Shown one piece after another: positions 12,011 through 23,721 of a stretch of DNA of 64,000 nucleotides. Source of the stretch: an uncultured delta proteobacterium (GTDB lineage: Bacteria; Desulfobacterota; Binatia; UBA9968); NCBI GenBank assembly GCA_963737905.1, contig CAVTUQ010000002.1, forward strand, positions 128,001 to 192,000, given 5' to 3'. Under the pieces are notes generated by a model. It ran no database searches. It worked only from the letters and a program-made list of their open reading frames with translations, and was not told where the DNA came from. How positions within the stretch are numbered: the stretch's first letter is position 1; every line of letters starts with the position of its first letter. Both the position numbers and the translations under genes were made by a program.

Positions 12011-14551
12011 TTACGCGGCAGGGCCACTCGGGAGCAGTTTAGCTAAATACTGACCGGTAAAAGAGCCTGAAATTGAGGCAATATCTTCAGGCGTCCCGCT
12101 GGCCACTATTTTTCCACCCTTTTCGCCACCTTCCGGTCCGAGATCGATAACGTAATCGGCGCTCTTTATGAAGTCGAGGTTGTGTTCGATAATTACTACG
12201 GTATTGCCGGCATCCGTTAGACGCTGGAGAAGCTCCAAAAGTTGTTTGACATCATCGAAATGGAGGCCTGTGGTCGGCTCGTCCAAGATATACAGCGTTC
12301 GACCCGTGGCCTTGCGCGCGAGCTCCCGCGCAAGCTTAACCCGTTGTGCTTCGCCCCCGGAAAGTGTTTGTGCAGCTTGACCTAGCCTAAGATAACCAAG
12401 TCCGACCTCGCGGAGAACACGCAACCGCTCGGACAGCGCGGGAATGGGGCTGAGTACCTCTGAGGCCTGCAGCACAGTGAGATCCAATATGTCCGCAATG
12501 CTCAGCCCCTTGTATTTGATCTCGAGGGTCTCCCGATTGTACCGCCTGCCGTGACAATTTTCACAGACCACGTACACCGGCGGGAGAAAATACATATCCA
12601 CTCGCACGGCCCCTTCCCCGGCACAGGCCTCACAGCGCCCGCCCGGCGCATTAAAAGAAAACCGCTCGGGTTTGTAACCCCGGACACGCGCTTCCGGCAA
12701 TTGCGCGAAAAGATTGCGCATGTGATCGAAAAGACCGGTGTAGGTCGCCGGATTAGATCGCGGAGTGCGGCCGATGGGCGCTTGGTCGATACCGACGACG
12801 CGATCAAAAAGATCAGCGCCAATCAGCTCGTCAAATTCTCCCGTCTTTTTTTTTGATTTGTGCAAGCGTCGGGCAACGACGTTGTAGAGAATATCCATGA
12901 TCAGACTCGTCTTGCCTGACCCGGATACCCCGGTGACACAGGTCATTGAGCCCGCAGGTATCTTCACCGTGATGTCCTTCAGATTGTTCTCTTTCGCTCC
13001 TTTAATGACCAGAAACTCACCCGTGCCCCTGCGACGTCGCGCGGGAATTGGCATTTTTACCCTGCCTAAGAGGTACTGGCCGGTTAGCGATCCGGGACTG
13101 TTCATGATTTCCGCCAGTGTGCCCTGCACAACGATTTCTCCACCCTTCACACCGGCTCCGGGCCCGATATCGATGATGTGATCCGCCGCCACTATCGTTT
13201 CCTGATCATGCTCGACGACGACGACGGAGTTGCCAGCGTCCCGCAGCTGTTTGAGCAGCTTAAGCAGCTCTGCGTTGTCCTTCTGGTGCAGTCCGATACT
13301 GGGCTCATCGAGAATGAAAAGTACCCCGGCCAAGCTCGATCCAAGCTGCGTCGCGAGCCGCACCCGCTGCGCTTCGCCCCCCGAGAGAGTCACTGCGGAT
13401 CGATCAAGGGTTAGATATTCCAGCCCAAGCTGAATGAGGAACTGAAGTCGGCCAGTGATCTCCCGGAGCACCTTCTGACCTATGACGGCTTGCTTCTTGC
13501 TCAAATCAAGCTCGTGCAAAAAATCGCGGGCGGCCGTCAACGAGACAGCCGTCAGATCCGCGATACTCCTGCCGCCTAGCTTCACCGCCAAACTTTCCTT
13601 CTTGAGTCGCCTCCCCTGGCATTCCCTACAGGGGAGGGTATCCGGTTCGCTCTCTTCGTTCTTACCGGACCGGCGCGGCCGGGATTCGATCCCCAAGCCC
13701 TTGCAAGCGGGGCAGGCCCCCTGCGGAGTGTTGAAAGAAAACAGCCGCGGCGTAATTTCAGGCAGAAAAATCCCGCATTGTATGCACATGAACTTCTGAA
13801 TGAAAATCAATTCTTCGGAAGGCGCAGCGTGTCCCGGCACAAGTTCCGCTTTGATGACCTGACGACCAATCCGGGACGCTACTTCGAGAGAATCGGCCAG
13901 TCGCCGTTCGATTCCCGGCCGCAGCACCAGCCGATCGACGATCAGGTCGATTTCGTGGGGAGGGTCTGTTTTGATATCGATCTCTTCCGACAGTTCATAG
14001 ACCTCGCCATTGATCTTGGCACGGGCAAATCCGGCGCGCGCCAGCTCTTGCAACACCGGCCGAGGGTCGCCTGCGCCGCCCGCCGCGACGGGCGCCAGCA
14101 CAACCAGGCGCGTCTCCTCCGGCAGCGACAACAATTGATCACTGATTTGCTCGATGGTCTGCGCCGTTATTTCGCGGCCGCATTGAATGCAGGTCGCTTG
14201 GCCTATCCGGGCGAAAAGCAGCCGCAAATAATCGTAGATCTCGGTAAGGGTTCCTACCGTGGAACGAGGATGGGACGGGCCGGCCTTTTGCTGGATGGCG
14301 ATGGCCGGAGAAAGCCCTTCGATGGAATCCACGTCCGGTTTTTCCATCTGTTGCAGAAACTGACGCGCATCCGCGGCGAGCGACTCCAAATACCGTCGCT
14401 GCCCTTCGGCGTAAAGCGTATCAAAGGCAAGCGAAGACTTGCCGGATCCGGAAACTCCGGTGATGACAACCAGCTGATCGCGCGGGATTGCGACATCGAT
14501 GTTTTTTAAGTTGTGGACGCGCGCGCCTTTGACGACGATCTTACCGGCCAT
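12011..14551 (-). CDS. uvrA: Excinuclease ABC subunit A (short form)
   Basis: Two Walker A (GVSGSGKS/T), two LSGGEAQR signatures, Zn-finger Cys pairs. Confidence 0.95.
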   Translation of the reverse strand: MAGKIVVKGARVHNLKNIDVAIPRDQLVVITGVSGSGKSSLAFDTLYAEGQRRYLESLAADARQFLQQMEKPDVDSIEGLSPAIAIQQKAGPSHPRSTVGTLTEIYDYLRLLFARIGQATCIQCGREITAQTIEQISDQLLSLPEETRLVVLAPVAAGGAGDPRPVLQELARAGFARAKINGEVYELSEEIDIKTDPPHEIDLIVDRLVLRPGIERRLADSLEVASRIGRQVIKAELVPGHAAPSEELIFIQKFMCIQCGIFLPEITPRLFSFNTPQGACPACKGLGIESRPRRSGKNEESEPDTLPCRECQGRRLKKESLAVKLGGRSIADLTAVSLTAARDFLHELDLSKKQAVIGQKVLREITGRLQFLIQLGLEYLTLDRSAVTLSGGEAQRVRLATQLGSSLAGVLFILDEPSIGLHQKDNAELLKLLKQLRDAGNSVVVVEHDQETIVAADHIIDIGPGAGVKGGEIVVQGTLAEIMNSPGSLTGQYLLGRVKMPIPARRRRGTGEFLVIKGAKENNLKDITVKIPAGSMTCVTGVSGSGKTSLIMDILYNVVARRLHKSKKKTGEFDELIGADLFDRVVGIDQAPIGRTPRSNPATYTGLFDHMRNLFAQLPEARVRGYKPERFSFNAPGGRCEACAGEGAVRVDMYFLPPVYVVCENCHGRRYNRETLEIKYKGLSIADILDLTVLQASEVLSPIPALSERLRVLREVGLGYLRLGQAAQTLSGGEAQRVKLARELARKATGRTLYILDEPTTGLHFDDVKQLLELLQRLTDAGNTVVIIEHNLDFIKSADYVIDLGPEGGEKGGKIVASGTPEDIASISGSFTGQYLAKLLPSGPAA

Positions 14552-14557
14552 CCGTCC

Positions 14558-15913
14558 TTACTGACGCTCCAGGCCCTTAAGCTTTTCGTCGACGATGGCG
14601 CGATACTCTTTGAGCTTTTCAGCGGATTGCGCCTCGAATCGAAGCACGAGAGCGGGCTGGGTATTGGACGCCCGAATCAGCCCCCAACCTTCGGGGAATT
14701 GGATGCGGACGCCGTCCACGTCGATGATATCGTAATGTTGGCGGAAATATTCTTTGGCTTTCTCTGCGATGACAAATTTCTTGTCATCCGGGCAATCGAC
14801 TCTGATTTCCGGCGTCGATACACTCCTCGGCAAATCCGACAGCAAAGCGGACAACGGCCGGTCGGAGTTAGCCAGTATTTCCAGCAGTCGGAGAGAAGCA
14901 TAGATGGCATCGTCATAGCCAAAGTAGCGCTCTTTGAAAAACATGTGACCGCTCATTTCTCCAGCCAAAAGAGCGTGCGTTTCCTTCATTTTCGCCTTCA
15001 ACAGGGAATGGCCCGCCTTCCACATAACGGGTGTTCCGCCGTGGCTGGCGATGTCATCATAGAGCCGCTGCGAGCATTTGACTTCGGAGATGATGATGGC
15101 CTTTGGGTTGCGCTGCAAAACGTCCCGCGAGAACAACACCAAAAGCTCGTCGCCCCAGAGAATGTTCCCCTTCTCGTCCACCGCGCCGATCCGATCCGCG
15201 TCGCCGTCATAGGCGATGCCCACATCCGCCTTCTCATGCTTTACCTTGTCGATCAGCAGCTCCAGATTCTCCGGGACCGTGGGATCGGGATGGTGAATCG
15301 GAAATCTGCCGTCGGGTGTGCAAGCGATCTCCCATACCGTGCAACCGAGCTGACGAAAGAGCGGCGGCGCCACCGGTCCCCCTACTCCACTCCCCGCATC
15401 GACTACAACTTTCAATGGGCGTTTTAATTTTGGCACATCCCGCAACAAATGCTTGTGATAGGGGGAACGGATTTCGTAGTGCTCAATTTTGCCGCCGGCC
15501 TTTTCCTGAAACTGGCTTTGTTCCATTTTGATTCGGACATCCTGAATTTGTTGGCCATACAAAGTGTCCTTGGCAATGCAGAGTTTGAAGCCGTTGTACT
15601 CCGACGGATTGTGGCTTGCTGTCACTTGTATCCCGCCATCGACGTCGAGATGAAACAAAGAAAAATAAAGCAGCGGCGTGGGACAAGTACCGATATCGTA
15701 AACGTGCAAGCCCGTCGATGCCAGGCCGGCGATGACCCCCTCCGCATACGAATCGGAGGTCGCGCGGCAATCGCGCCCCACCGCCACCCGCTGGCCGCCT
15801 TTTTCGGCAATGATGGTGCCATGCACCTTCCCTAAGAGCATCGCGAATTCTTTGTCGAAATCCTGTTCCGCCAGACCCCGGATGTCGTATTCACGAAAAA
15901 TCGACTGATTCAC
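14558..15913 (-). CDS. Phosphomannomutase/phosphoglucomutase (AlgC-like)
   Basis: IFREYDIRG, TASHNP, DGDADR, GEMSGH, RASNTQP. Confidence 0.95.
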   Translation of the reverse strand: MNQSIFREYDIRGLAEQDFDKEFAMLLGKVHGTIIAEKGGQRVAVGRDCRATSDSYAEGVIAGLASTGLHVYDIGTCPTPLLYFSLFHLDVDGGIQVTASHNPSEYNGFKLCIAKDTLYGQQIQDVRIKMEQSQFQEKAGGKIEHYEIRSPYHKHLLRDVPKLKRPLKVVVDAGSGVGGPVAPPLFRQLGCTVWEIACTPDGRFPIHHPDPTVPENLELLIDKVKHEKADVGIAYDGDADRIGAVDEKGNILWGDELLVLFSRDVLQRNPKAIIISEVKCSQRLYDDIASHGGTPVMWKAGHSLLKAKMKETHALLAGEMSGHMFFKERYFGYDDAIYASLRLLEILANSDRPLSALLSDLPRSVSTPEIRVDCPDDKKFVIAEKAKEYFRQHYDIIDVDGVRIQFPEGWGLIRASNTQPALVLRFEAQSAEKLKEYRAIVDEKLKGLERQ

Positions 15914-16935
15914 TTCTTCCTCCGCTTCATAGCTTGCTGTGCCAATCTCGCGGCCAACACGATCGCCTCTTTCATGCTCAACGCATCCGCCTTCCCTTTG
16001 CCGGCGATGTCGTAAGCGGTGCCATGGTCTACCGACGTTCGAATAAAAGGCGGGCCCAAGGTCAGAGCCACTCCGCCGAAGAAATGATGTAGTTTAAGAG
16101 GGATCAAACCTTGATCGTGATACATGCAAACGACGGCGTCGTAATCGCCGCGGGCCGCTTGATAAAAGAGGCTGTCCGCGGGAAACGGACCGAAGGCTTG
16201 GATCCCTTTACGCTTCGCCGCTCGGACCGCCGGGACAATGGTCTTTTCCTCCTCGTCGCCAAAGATCCCTTCTTCGCCGCCATGGGGATTCAACGCGGCC
16301 ACCGCAATCCGAGGATGCTGGATTCCGAAGAAGTCCCGCAGGCTCCGGTGCGCCAGGTCTAACGTCGTGCCAATTCCAGCACAGCTGAGACCCCGCGTGA
16401 CTTTGGTAAAGGCTATGTGGCCGGTAACCAGAACGACGCGAAGCTTTTTTCCAATCAGCATCATGCGGCACTCGGGCGTTTGGCTCAGTTCAGCCAGCAG
16501 TTCCGTATGACCGGGGTAGTTATACCCGGCGTCTTGGAGAATGCTTTTGCTGATGGGGGCTGTCGCCATGGCATCGACGACGCCAGAGAGGGCAAGCTTG
16601 GCGGCTACGACGATATAACGATAGGCCGCATGCCCACCCGCCCGGGTCGGACAACCAGGGCGTGATGCGCTCGCAGACAGAGAAGAAAGCGAACAAACGA
16701 CGCCCGCGGTGCGGCTTTCCAGCAGCGGCAGCAGCGCTTGTCCCGGTTGCCAACAGACGAGTTTGGAAGAATCGGCTTTGCCTTTCAAAGCCCTCGCCAG
16801 AACCTCCCAGTCACCCAGAACAAGGGGACTGCAAACTCTCCTGACGCGCGGATCGGCCAACGCCTTGCGCACCACTTCAGGCCCAATGCCCGCCGGATCG
16901 CCCATAGTCACAGCGACAATAGGTTTGCGCGCCAT
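15910..16935 (-). CDS. pdxA: 4-hydroxythreonine-4-phosphate dehydrogenase
   Basis: GDPAGIGPE, GHTE, LNPHGGE, MYHDQG, RTSVDHGTA. Confidence 0.95.
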   Translation of the reverse strand: MARKPIVAVTMGDPAGIGPEVVRKALADPRVRRVCSPLVLGDWEVLARALKGKADSSKLVCWQPGQALLPLLESRTAGVVCSLSSLSASASRPGCPTRAGGHAAYRYIVVAAKLALSGVVDAMATAPISKSILQDAGYNYPGHTELLAELSQTPECRMMLIGKKLRVVLVTGHIAFTKVTRGLSCAGIGTTLDLAHRSLRDFFGIQHPRIAVAALNPHGGEEGIFGDEEEKTIVPAVRAAKRKGIQAFGPFPADSLFYQAARGDYDAVVCMYHDQGLIPLKLHHFFGGVALTLGPPFIRTSVDHGTAYDIAGKGKADALSMKEAIVLAARLAQQAMKRRKK

Positions 16936-16998
16936 GGATTGCCGAGAAATCAAAAAAACAGATCGGGTAATTGTCCCCGGTGAGACAGCATCGGGGAT

Positions 16999-18315
16999 TC
17001 AACGTTTGAAGGGATTCAATGCATCAAAAAATCCCCCGGCTTGACCCGACGAAGATTCCCCTCCGCTCGATTTTTCGGGAGGAGTCGAAAGGACATCGGG
17101 GACGTCCTCCACAGTATCCGTGGCAAAAAGAGGTACGCCAAATACATTGACGATACTCTTACCGGCCATTGGACTCTTCGGATCATCGTCTTCTATGGGA
17201 GTTGTCTTGACAATGTAGGACAAAGGATTCAGATAACTTAAAAAAGTCCGGTCTTCCTGCTTCTTGGACCGTGTGGATTTGGCCATCAGGGAATCGACCA
17301 TGCCCTCTTTGGAATCCTCGGGCTTGAACACCACACCGGCAATTTTTACATCGACCCGATGTTTTCTTCTGAGATCGGTTTTGAGCCACTTCACGAATCT
17401 TTCCTCAAGAGCCTTAGACTGGAGTTCTTGTTTGATTCTGGGCGCCACCGTTGCCAGCGGCAAGGGAGCGCCGACCTCCCGCGCCTCCAGCTTAACGATG
17501 TGAACTCCCATGGTCGTTCGAAAAGGAGTGCTGACCTGGCCCACGGACAGCTTTTCGAAAGCGACCTGCTCGATTCCGCCGATGAGAGTTCCGCGGTTGA
17601 CCCAACCGATGTCGCCGCCCTCGGCCTGTCCCGCTCCCTCGGAGTATTCCCGAGCCAACTCCGCAAAATCCGCGCCGGCCACGATCCGTTTGTATAATTC
17701 CATGGCCTTCTCGGTGACGGCTTGCACCTCATCGGGGGGCGCCGTCTTGGAGAGCGCGAGCAGAATATGACGCAAGCGCACCCGGTCCTCAGAGCGAAAC
17801 TTGCTCGGATTGAGCTTGTAATAACGCTCGACGTCGTCGTTGGTAATGTTGACCTTGCTCCTTACCTGGCGATTGATGATCTCACTTTTTTCCAGCTCAC
17901 TCTTAACGGCCACCCGATAGCTTTCGATCGTCTGCCCCTCGCGGCCGAGCGCGGTCTTGAGGTCGTCATCGGTCAACCGATTTCGTTTCTTGATTTCATC
18001 GATGTATTGAGTGACGTCCTGGTCTGTGATTTTGATACCTGACTCCCGCGCTTCCGTTTCCAAGAGTTTCTCTGTGATGAATTGTTCCAAGACCTCCCGA
18101 TCGCCGTCATTGATTTTCTTCAAATCCCCTGATGGAAATTCCCGGTCCATCTTTGCTTTCGCATAGGCACCCAGGTTCGAGAGCGTATACGGCTCCCCGT
18201 CGATCACCACGATGAGTTGTTCAATAACCTTGGCCGTGGCCGTTTGCGGCAGGAGAATTAACAAGGACAATAACAGGAAACCTTTTTGGAATATTCGGCT
18301 CAGCATAAACTGCAT
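16999..18315 (-). CDS. surA: SurA-like periplasmic chaperone/parvulin PPIase
   Basis: Signal peptide, SurA N domain, RHILL...FAELAREYSE...GGDIGW; located between mfd and pdxA. Confidence 0.8.
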   Translation of the reverse strand: MQFMLSRIFQKGFLLLSLLILLPQTATAKVIEQLIVVIDGEPYTLSNLGAYAKAKMDREFPSGDLKKINDGDREVLEQFITEKLLETEARESGIKITDQDVTQYIDEIKKRNRLTDDDLKTALGREGQTIESYRVAVKSELEKSEIINRQVRSKVNITNDDVERYYKLNPSKFRSEDRVRLRHILLALSKTAPPDEVQAVTEKAMELYKRIVAGADFAELAREYSEGAGQAEGGDIGWVNRGTLIGGIEQVAFEKLSVGQVSTPFRTTMGVHIVKLEAREVGAPLPLATVAPRIKQELQSKALEERFVKWLKTDLRRKHRVDVKIAGVVFKPEDSKEGMVDSLMAKSTRSKKQEDRTFLSYLNPLSYIVKTTPIEDDDPKSPMAGKSIVNVFGVPLFATDTVEDVPDVLSTPPEKSSGGESSSGQAGGFFDALNPFKR

Positions 18316-18440
18316 TCTCGCCGTATAGCAAGAATATTGTAACAGCTACCATAGTTGATTTGCAAAACCAAACGACGACCCCCTATGGGTAAAGTTCTAA
18401 AATCGTCGTGGCGGTGGTGGAGTGTCCTGGCAACGGTCTT

Positions 18441-21400
18441 TCATCCATGCACCGACTCGAGAGGCAAACTCTGCTGAGGCGGGCTTTCACAAATCCTGTG
18501 CAGCAACTCCACGACTTCCCCCACCAGCGCTTCCCACTCCTGATGTTGCGGCGTGAAGGAGAGGCGACCATCCGGCGCTAAGCGGAATTTATGCTTTTGT
18601 TTTTTGATGAGCTCGAGCAGTTTCTCAACTTGCACCGGCGACTCCGGATGGAATAACAGGAAGACTTGACCCTGGGATACGCTGATCTGTTGCACCAGAA
18701 ACTCTTTAAGCACACGCCTGAGATCCATGACTCTAAATAGATTTTCAACCACCGGCGTGGTGGGCCCGAAACGATCGCGAATCTCCTCCTTGAGTTCCGC
18801 GAGGTCTAGTGTACTGCCCACGCTAGCGAGCCGTTTGTAAAAGAGCAAACGTTGATTGGCGTCCGGAATATAGGTTTCCGGAAAATAAGCCGGAATTTCC
18901 AGACGGATCTCGGGCTCCACTTCCGGCGCGACGACTTCGCCTTTCAGCTCGTTTACGGCTTTCTGCATCATTTCCGTATAGAGCTCGAACCCCACGGCGG
19001 TAATTTGACCCGACTGCTGTTCGCCTAAAAGGTTTCCCGCGCCACGAATCTCGAGATCGTGCAGCGCAAGTTTGAAGCCGCCCCCGAGCCCATCAAGTTC
19101 CTGCAACGCCCGCAGCCTCCGTTCGGCATCCGGCGTGATCGCGTGTTCGCCGGGGATCAATAGATAGGCATAGGCATGGCGATGAGAGCGGCCGACGCGT
19201 CCCCGGAGCTGGTAAAGCTGCGCGAGACCGAAGTGGTCCGCTCGGTTGATGATGATCGTATTGGCGTTGGGAAAATCCAGCCCGGATTCAATGATCGCCG
19301 AGCAAACCAACACCTGGGTTTTGTTTTCCAAAAAATCGAGCATGACTTTTTCTAACTCCTTGGGCCGCATCTGGCCGTGCGCCACCGCCATCTTTGCCTC
19401 GGGCAGCAAATCCGCCAGTTTGAGCGCCAACCGATCGATGGTCTCGACCCGGTTATGGAGAAAAAATACCTGGCCCCCGCGCTGGAGCTCGCGAAGCATC
19501 GCATCGCGGATGACCTGTTCGTCATATCGCGTCACGTAGGTTTGGACCGCCAGCCGATCCGCCGGCGGCGTTTCGATGATACTCAAGTCACGAATGCCAA
19601 CCAGCGACATATGCAAGGTGCGCGGGATCGGCGTCGCTGTCAGACTGACCACATCAACGAGCTGGCGCATCTTTTTCAGCCGCTCCTTGTGGACGACACC
19701 GAAACGATGCTCTTCGTCTATGATCACCAGGCCCAGATCTTTAAACTCGACATCCTTCTGGAGCAACCGGTGGGTGCCGATCAAGACGTCGACCTTGCCC
19801 CTGGCGGTCTGTTGGAGAACTTGCGCGATCTCCTTCGCGGTCAGGAAGCGGCTGACCATTTCAATGCTTACCGGGTGATTGCGAAACCGATGGCGAAAAG
19901 TCTGCAGATGTTGTTGGGCCAGAATCGTTGTTGGCGCCAACACGGCGACTTGCTTGCCGCCTTCGACAGCGAGAAAAGCGGCTCGCATCGCCACTTCGGT
20001 CTTGCCGTAACCCACATCGCCGCAGATCAGCCGATCCATCGATTTCCGGCTTTGCATGCCGGCCAGAGTCTCATCGATGGCCCGTTGCTGATCGGGAGTT
20101 TCTTCGTATTCGAAAGCCGCTTCGAATTCTCGGTACAAGGTATCGGGCGGAGCGAAGGCATTTCCCTGGCGGGCTTCCCGAATCGCATAGAGCTGCACCA
20201 GCTCTTCGGCCATGGCAAAAACCGATTTCCTCGCCTTGGCCTTGACTTTTTCCCAAGCGGTACCGCCTAAACGATCCAGAGAAGGCTGCGCTCCGTCGCC
20301 ACCGATGTACTTCTGCACCATGTTGATGCGATCCACCGGCAAATAGAGGCGATCGCCCGCTTCATATTCCAGATGGAGAAACTCCCCCTCAACACCGGCA
20401 ACCTTGAGAAATTTAAGGCCGCGATAGATGCCGATGCCATGATCCAAGTGCACTACGTAATCGTCCTGTTTGAGCTCACTCAGACTGGTCAAAAAGTGGC
20501 TCGGATGGCTCTTCGTGCTGGCGGACGGTTGTCGCTTTCGGGTGCCGAAGATCTCATCGAAAGTCACCACCACCAGATGAGCTTCTGGCAGGCGAAAGCC
20601 CTGGTTCAGGTGGCCGCCCACGATCGCGCGCGCGAATTCCCCCCGGGCGAGTAAGGCGGGCGCAGGCTACCTCGACCAGAGGCAATTGTAGATCGTAACT
20701 GGCTAACAAGCTCCCGCAACCGCACGGCGTCGCCCTTCGTCGGTGCGACGAAGAACACCCTTTCGCTCCGCCAACCCTTGAGCCGTTCGACCAGCGGCGC
20801 CAACGAAGCGTCTGTGCCGCGGGGCGCGGTCTCATGGCGGATGTCGCTGGTTAGAAACGACTCCATCGTAAGCGTGGATTCGTGGGCTTTCTCTGACGTC
20901 GCCATAATCGTGAGCGACTCGCCCCGCACCTGAGCCCACGGCTGCAATGCGGCCAGCCATTCATGTTCATTGAGATAAAGGGTCTCCACCGGCGGCACCA
21001 GGTGGTGTTCCTCCGCAGCCTTCTCATAGCGCTCCCATGCCAGTTGGCCAAATTTTTCCGCTTCGGCTTCCACGCGATCTCCACCGTCGAGCCAAATCAA
21101 TGTCTCCGGAGAAAGATACGAGAAAATCGAGACGAGCTCAGGATAGAAATAAGGAACCAGAGACTCGATCCCGGGAAAGGGTATTCCTTCCCGCAAAGAA
21201 TCAACCAGCTTGTGTTTCTCCCGCCGATCGATCTCTAACTCCCCAGCCCGTTGGTCGAGCTTGCGTACAATATTTTCTAAATCGGATCGCTTGAGCGAGA
21301 ACTCTTTCATCGGCAACAGAAACATTTCTTCCTGGAGCCGTTCGGAACGCTGATTGGCCGGGCTGAATTCCCGGATCGATTCCAACCGGTCGCCGTCGAA

Positions 21401-21991
21401 CTCCAGCCGGAGCGGTCGCGCGTATCCGGGAGAGAAGATATCGACAATACCGCCGCGAACGCTAAAGTCGCCTCGCTCCTCTACTAACGGGACATTTTGG
21501 AAACCCCATTGCACCAAATGTTGCAGCAGACTTTCGCGCGCCAGCTCTTGCCCGGCGACGAGGTAGAGATAGGACTGCTTGAACTTTTCCTTTGGAATGA
21601 CTTTCTGCAGCAACGCGGGGGGAGTCGCTATGAGGATGGGTGCGTGTTCCTCCACAAGCTTGTAAAGTCCTTCGAGACGGGCCGCCACATTGTCCGGATG
21701 CGGCGACAGTTTCTCGAAAGGAAGGACTTCCCAGGATGGAAAAAGATGGAGTCGCTTGCGAAACGGCGGCAGGGAGCGTTCCTCGCCCAGGAAAAATCCC
21801 AGATCGTCGTAGAGATTCTCCGCATCGCTGGCTGTGGGCGCGACGATGAGAATCGGCCGGCGGCTTTTCTCGGCGACCAGCGAGAGAACATACGCCTTCG
21901 CGCCCCCTTGGATTCCCTGGATACGTTTCACTCCCGTCCAAGTACCCTGGACAAAGGATTCGAGTTTGGCGCGAGGGTCAAAATCGTTCAT
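18441..21991 (-). CDS. mfd: Transcription-repair coupling factor, split by indels at ~20620-20720
   Basis: UvrB-like N part (FSVRGGIVDIF), CarD/RID (VVHLDHGIG), GDVGYGKT, DEEH, TATPIPRT, TRCF tail, spread over ORFs 20606..22018 and 18441..20621. Confidence 0.93.
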
Positions 21992-22350
21992 GCAAAAATA
22001 CCAAACCCTCGCAGCCAAATCTTGGGGATGGACGAGAGCGGCTTACCGGCTGCGTCCGCCTCCTTGGCCCATGTCTCCATGGATTCGCTGAGATCTTTTA
22101 CCCGGATGTCGAGATGAGGCGATTGATAGTTTTCGAAGCGGATCAGCGCCTGGTAGATCATGCGCACCGGCCCCTTGATCTCTCCGAAATCGGTGAGGAG
22201 TCGGAAAGCGACCGCTAGCTCGATCAATCCCTCGATAAAGGGCTTATTGGCATCTTCGGTCTCCTGATAGAATTGTTCAAGTACCTCATGGGAGTCAAAA
22301 AATCGCCCCTCATTAAACAAACGTATGCCGTCTCGCAAACGAGCATCCAT
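21988..22350 (-). CDS. DUF309 family protein
   Basis: GIRLFNEGRFFDSHEVLE...GLIELAVA. Confidence 0.8.
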   Translation of the reverse strand: MDARLRDGIRLFNEGRFFDSHEVLEQFYQETEDANKPFIEGLIELAVAFRLLTDFGEIKGPVRMIYQALIRFENYQSPHLDIRVKDLSESMETWAKEADAAGKPLSSIPKIWLRGFGIFA

Positions 22351-22420
22351 AACACAAATTCTGAAATTCAACGTAGCAACTTCTCTTCAGCGCCTCAAGT
22401 TAAACCACGGAAATCGCAGT

Positions 22421-22485
22421 TGGCTGATCGCTTATGGCATATAGTTGGAACATGCGAAACGCTACCAGCCATACACCATAAGCTA
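22421..22485. repeat. Heptamer-based imperfect palindromic intergenic element (copy 1)
   Basis: GCTTATGGCATATAG...CCATAAGC arms; 22430-22449 is the exact reverse complement of 33388-33407. Confidence 0.65.
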
Positions 22486-23721
22486 GGCACGCGACCCAAA
22501 GAGTCGCTCGTCGCGATGGGCAACCGACGGCATGGAAGCCAGCCATATGCAGATATCAGAGCAGGCCAAAACTAGCGCCGAGAGTGCAAACGAGACCAGA
22601 TAGCTGCCGGTCCAATCATACAAGGCGCCCCCCAACCAGGAGCCTAGGGCTCCGCCTAAGCCAACCGCGACCGTTGAGTAGCCGAGAATTGAACCAAACC
22701 CTTTACCGGAAAAGATGTCGGCAGTGAGCGCAGAGAAAATCACTGCGCGAGAGCCGAAGCCAATGCCAAAAAAAATGACGTAAACGTAGAGCAACCAGGT
22801 TTGGCTCGGATCACTGAGGATCATCAAGGCACCCACTCCCACCAGGGTCATCAAGACGTTTAACGTATAGGCCGCCTGCTTGGTCAAGAGGTCGGCGATG
22901 AAACCGAATACGACGCGACCAAAGCTGCTGGTGATCCCGGCGAGGCCAAAGATCGTTGCGGCTAATAGTTTACTGTAACCCACATCGACCACATGGGCGA
23001 CTTGGTGGGTCACAATCACCGTCGTGCCGGAGGCCGCGCAGATACGCGCAAAGAACAGGAGCCAGAACTGCAGACTCCGGAGCGCTAGCTTGGCCGTCCA
23101 GCGATGGTCCTCGGGCTTCGACTCTTTTCTCGATCGAAGTCTTTCGCCGAAAGGCCCATGCTGGTAAAAGAGCCATGCCAACGGCAACAGCAATATCAGC
23201 ACGATCCCGGAAAACGTTTGAAAGGCCCGCGGCCATCCCCAGCTCGAGAGCAACCATTCACTGAGCGGCGCAAGAAGTAAGATGCCCACGCCCGTCCCCG
23301 CGTAGACGAAACCGATGGCTGATGCACGATTGGAGACAAACCACTCCGAAACCAAAAACACATGGGGCACCATGCCGGTGAAAGTGATACCAACGGCGGA
23401 AATCAAACCGAAGAAGATGTAGAGTTGCCACAGACTGTCAATCATGCTGCTCAGCAGCAGTCCCAAAGCCAAGACGAGACAGCCACTACAGACGATTGTT
23501 TTAGTGCCGAAGCGATCCAGGAGATAGCCGACAGCGGGCGAGAGGATCGCATCCACGGTCAGTACCATGGAAAAAACTCCGGCGGTTGCGCCGCGGCTCC
23601 AGCCGAAAGTGTCAAGCAGGGCCACATAGAAAACCCCAAACGAAGAATGGAGACCGCGGGTAAAACCAAGAACAACGAAGGCAAGCGCAGCGACCAGCCA
23701 AGGAGTCGGAGAAAAACGCAT
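22483..23721 (-). CDS. MFS transporter (OFA/MCT-like)
   Basis: About 12 TM segments; GYLLDRFG and GFIADL motif A-like sequences. Confidence 0.9.
   Translation of the reverse strand: MRFSPTPWLVAALAFVVLGFTRGLHSSFGVFYVALLDTFGWSRGATAGVFSMVLTVDAILSPAVGYLLDRFGTKTIVCSGCLVLALGLLLSSMIDSLWQLYIFFGLISAVGITFTGMVPHVFLVSEWFVSNRASAIGFVYAGTGVGILLLAPLSEWLLSSWGWPRAFQTFSGIVLILLLPLAWLFYQHGPFGERLRSRKESKPEDHRWTAKLALRSLQFWLLFFARICAASGTTVIVTHQVAHVVDVGYSKLLAATIFGLAGITSSFGRVVFGFIADLLTKQAAYTLNVLMTLVGVGALMILSDPSQTWLLYVYVIFFGIGFGSRAVIFSALTADIFSGKGFGSILGYSTVAVGLGGALGSWLGGALYDWTGSYLVSFALSALVLACSDICIWLASMPSVAHRDERLFGSRA

Noticed and set aside
20600-20720. Programmed frameshift or true split of mfd
   Set aside because: Similar single-base indels occur throughout the window, and no slippery site with a stimulator is visible; sequencing error is simpler.
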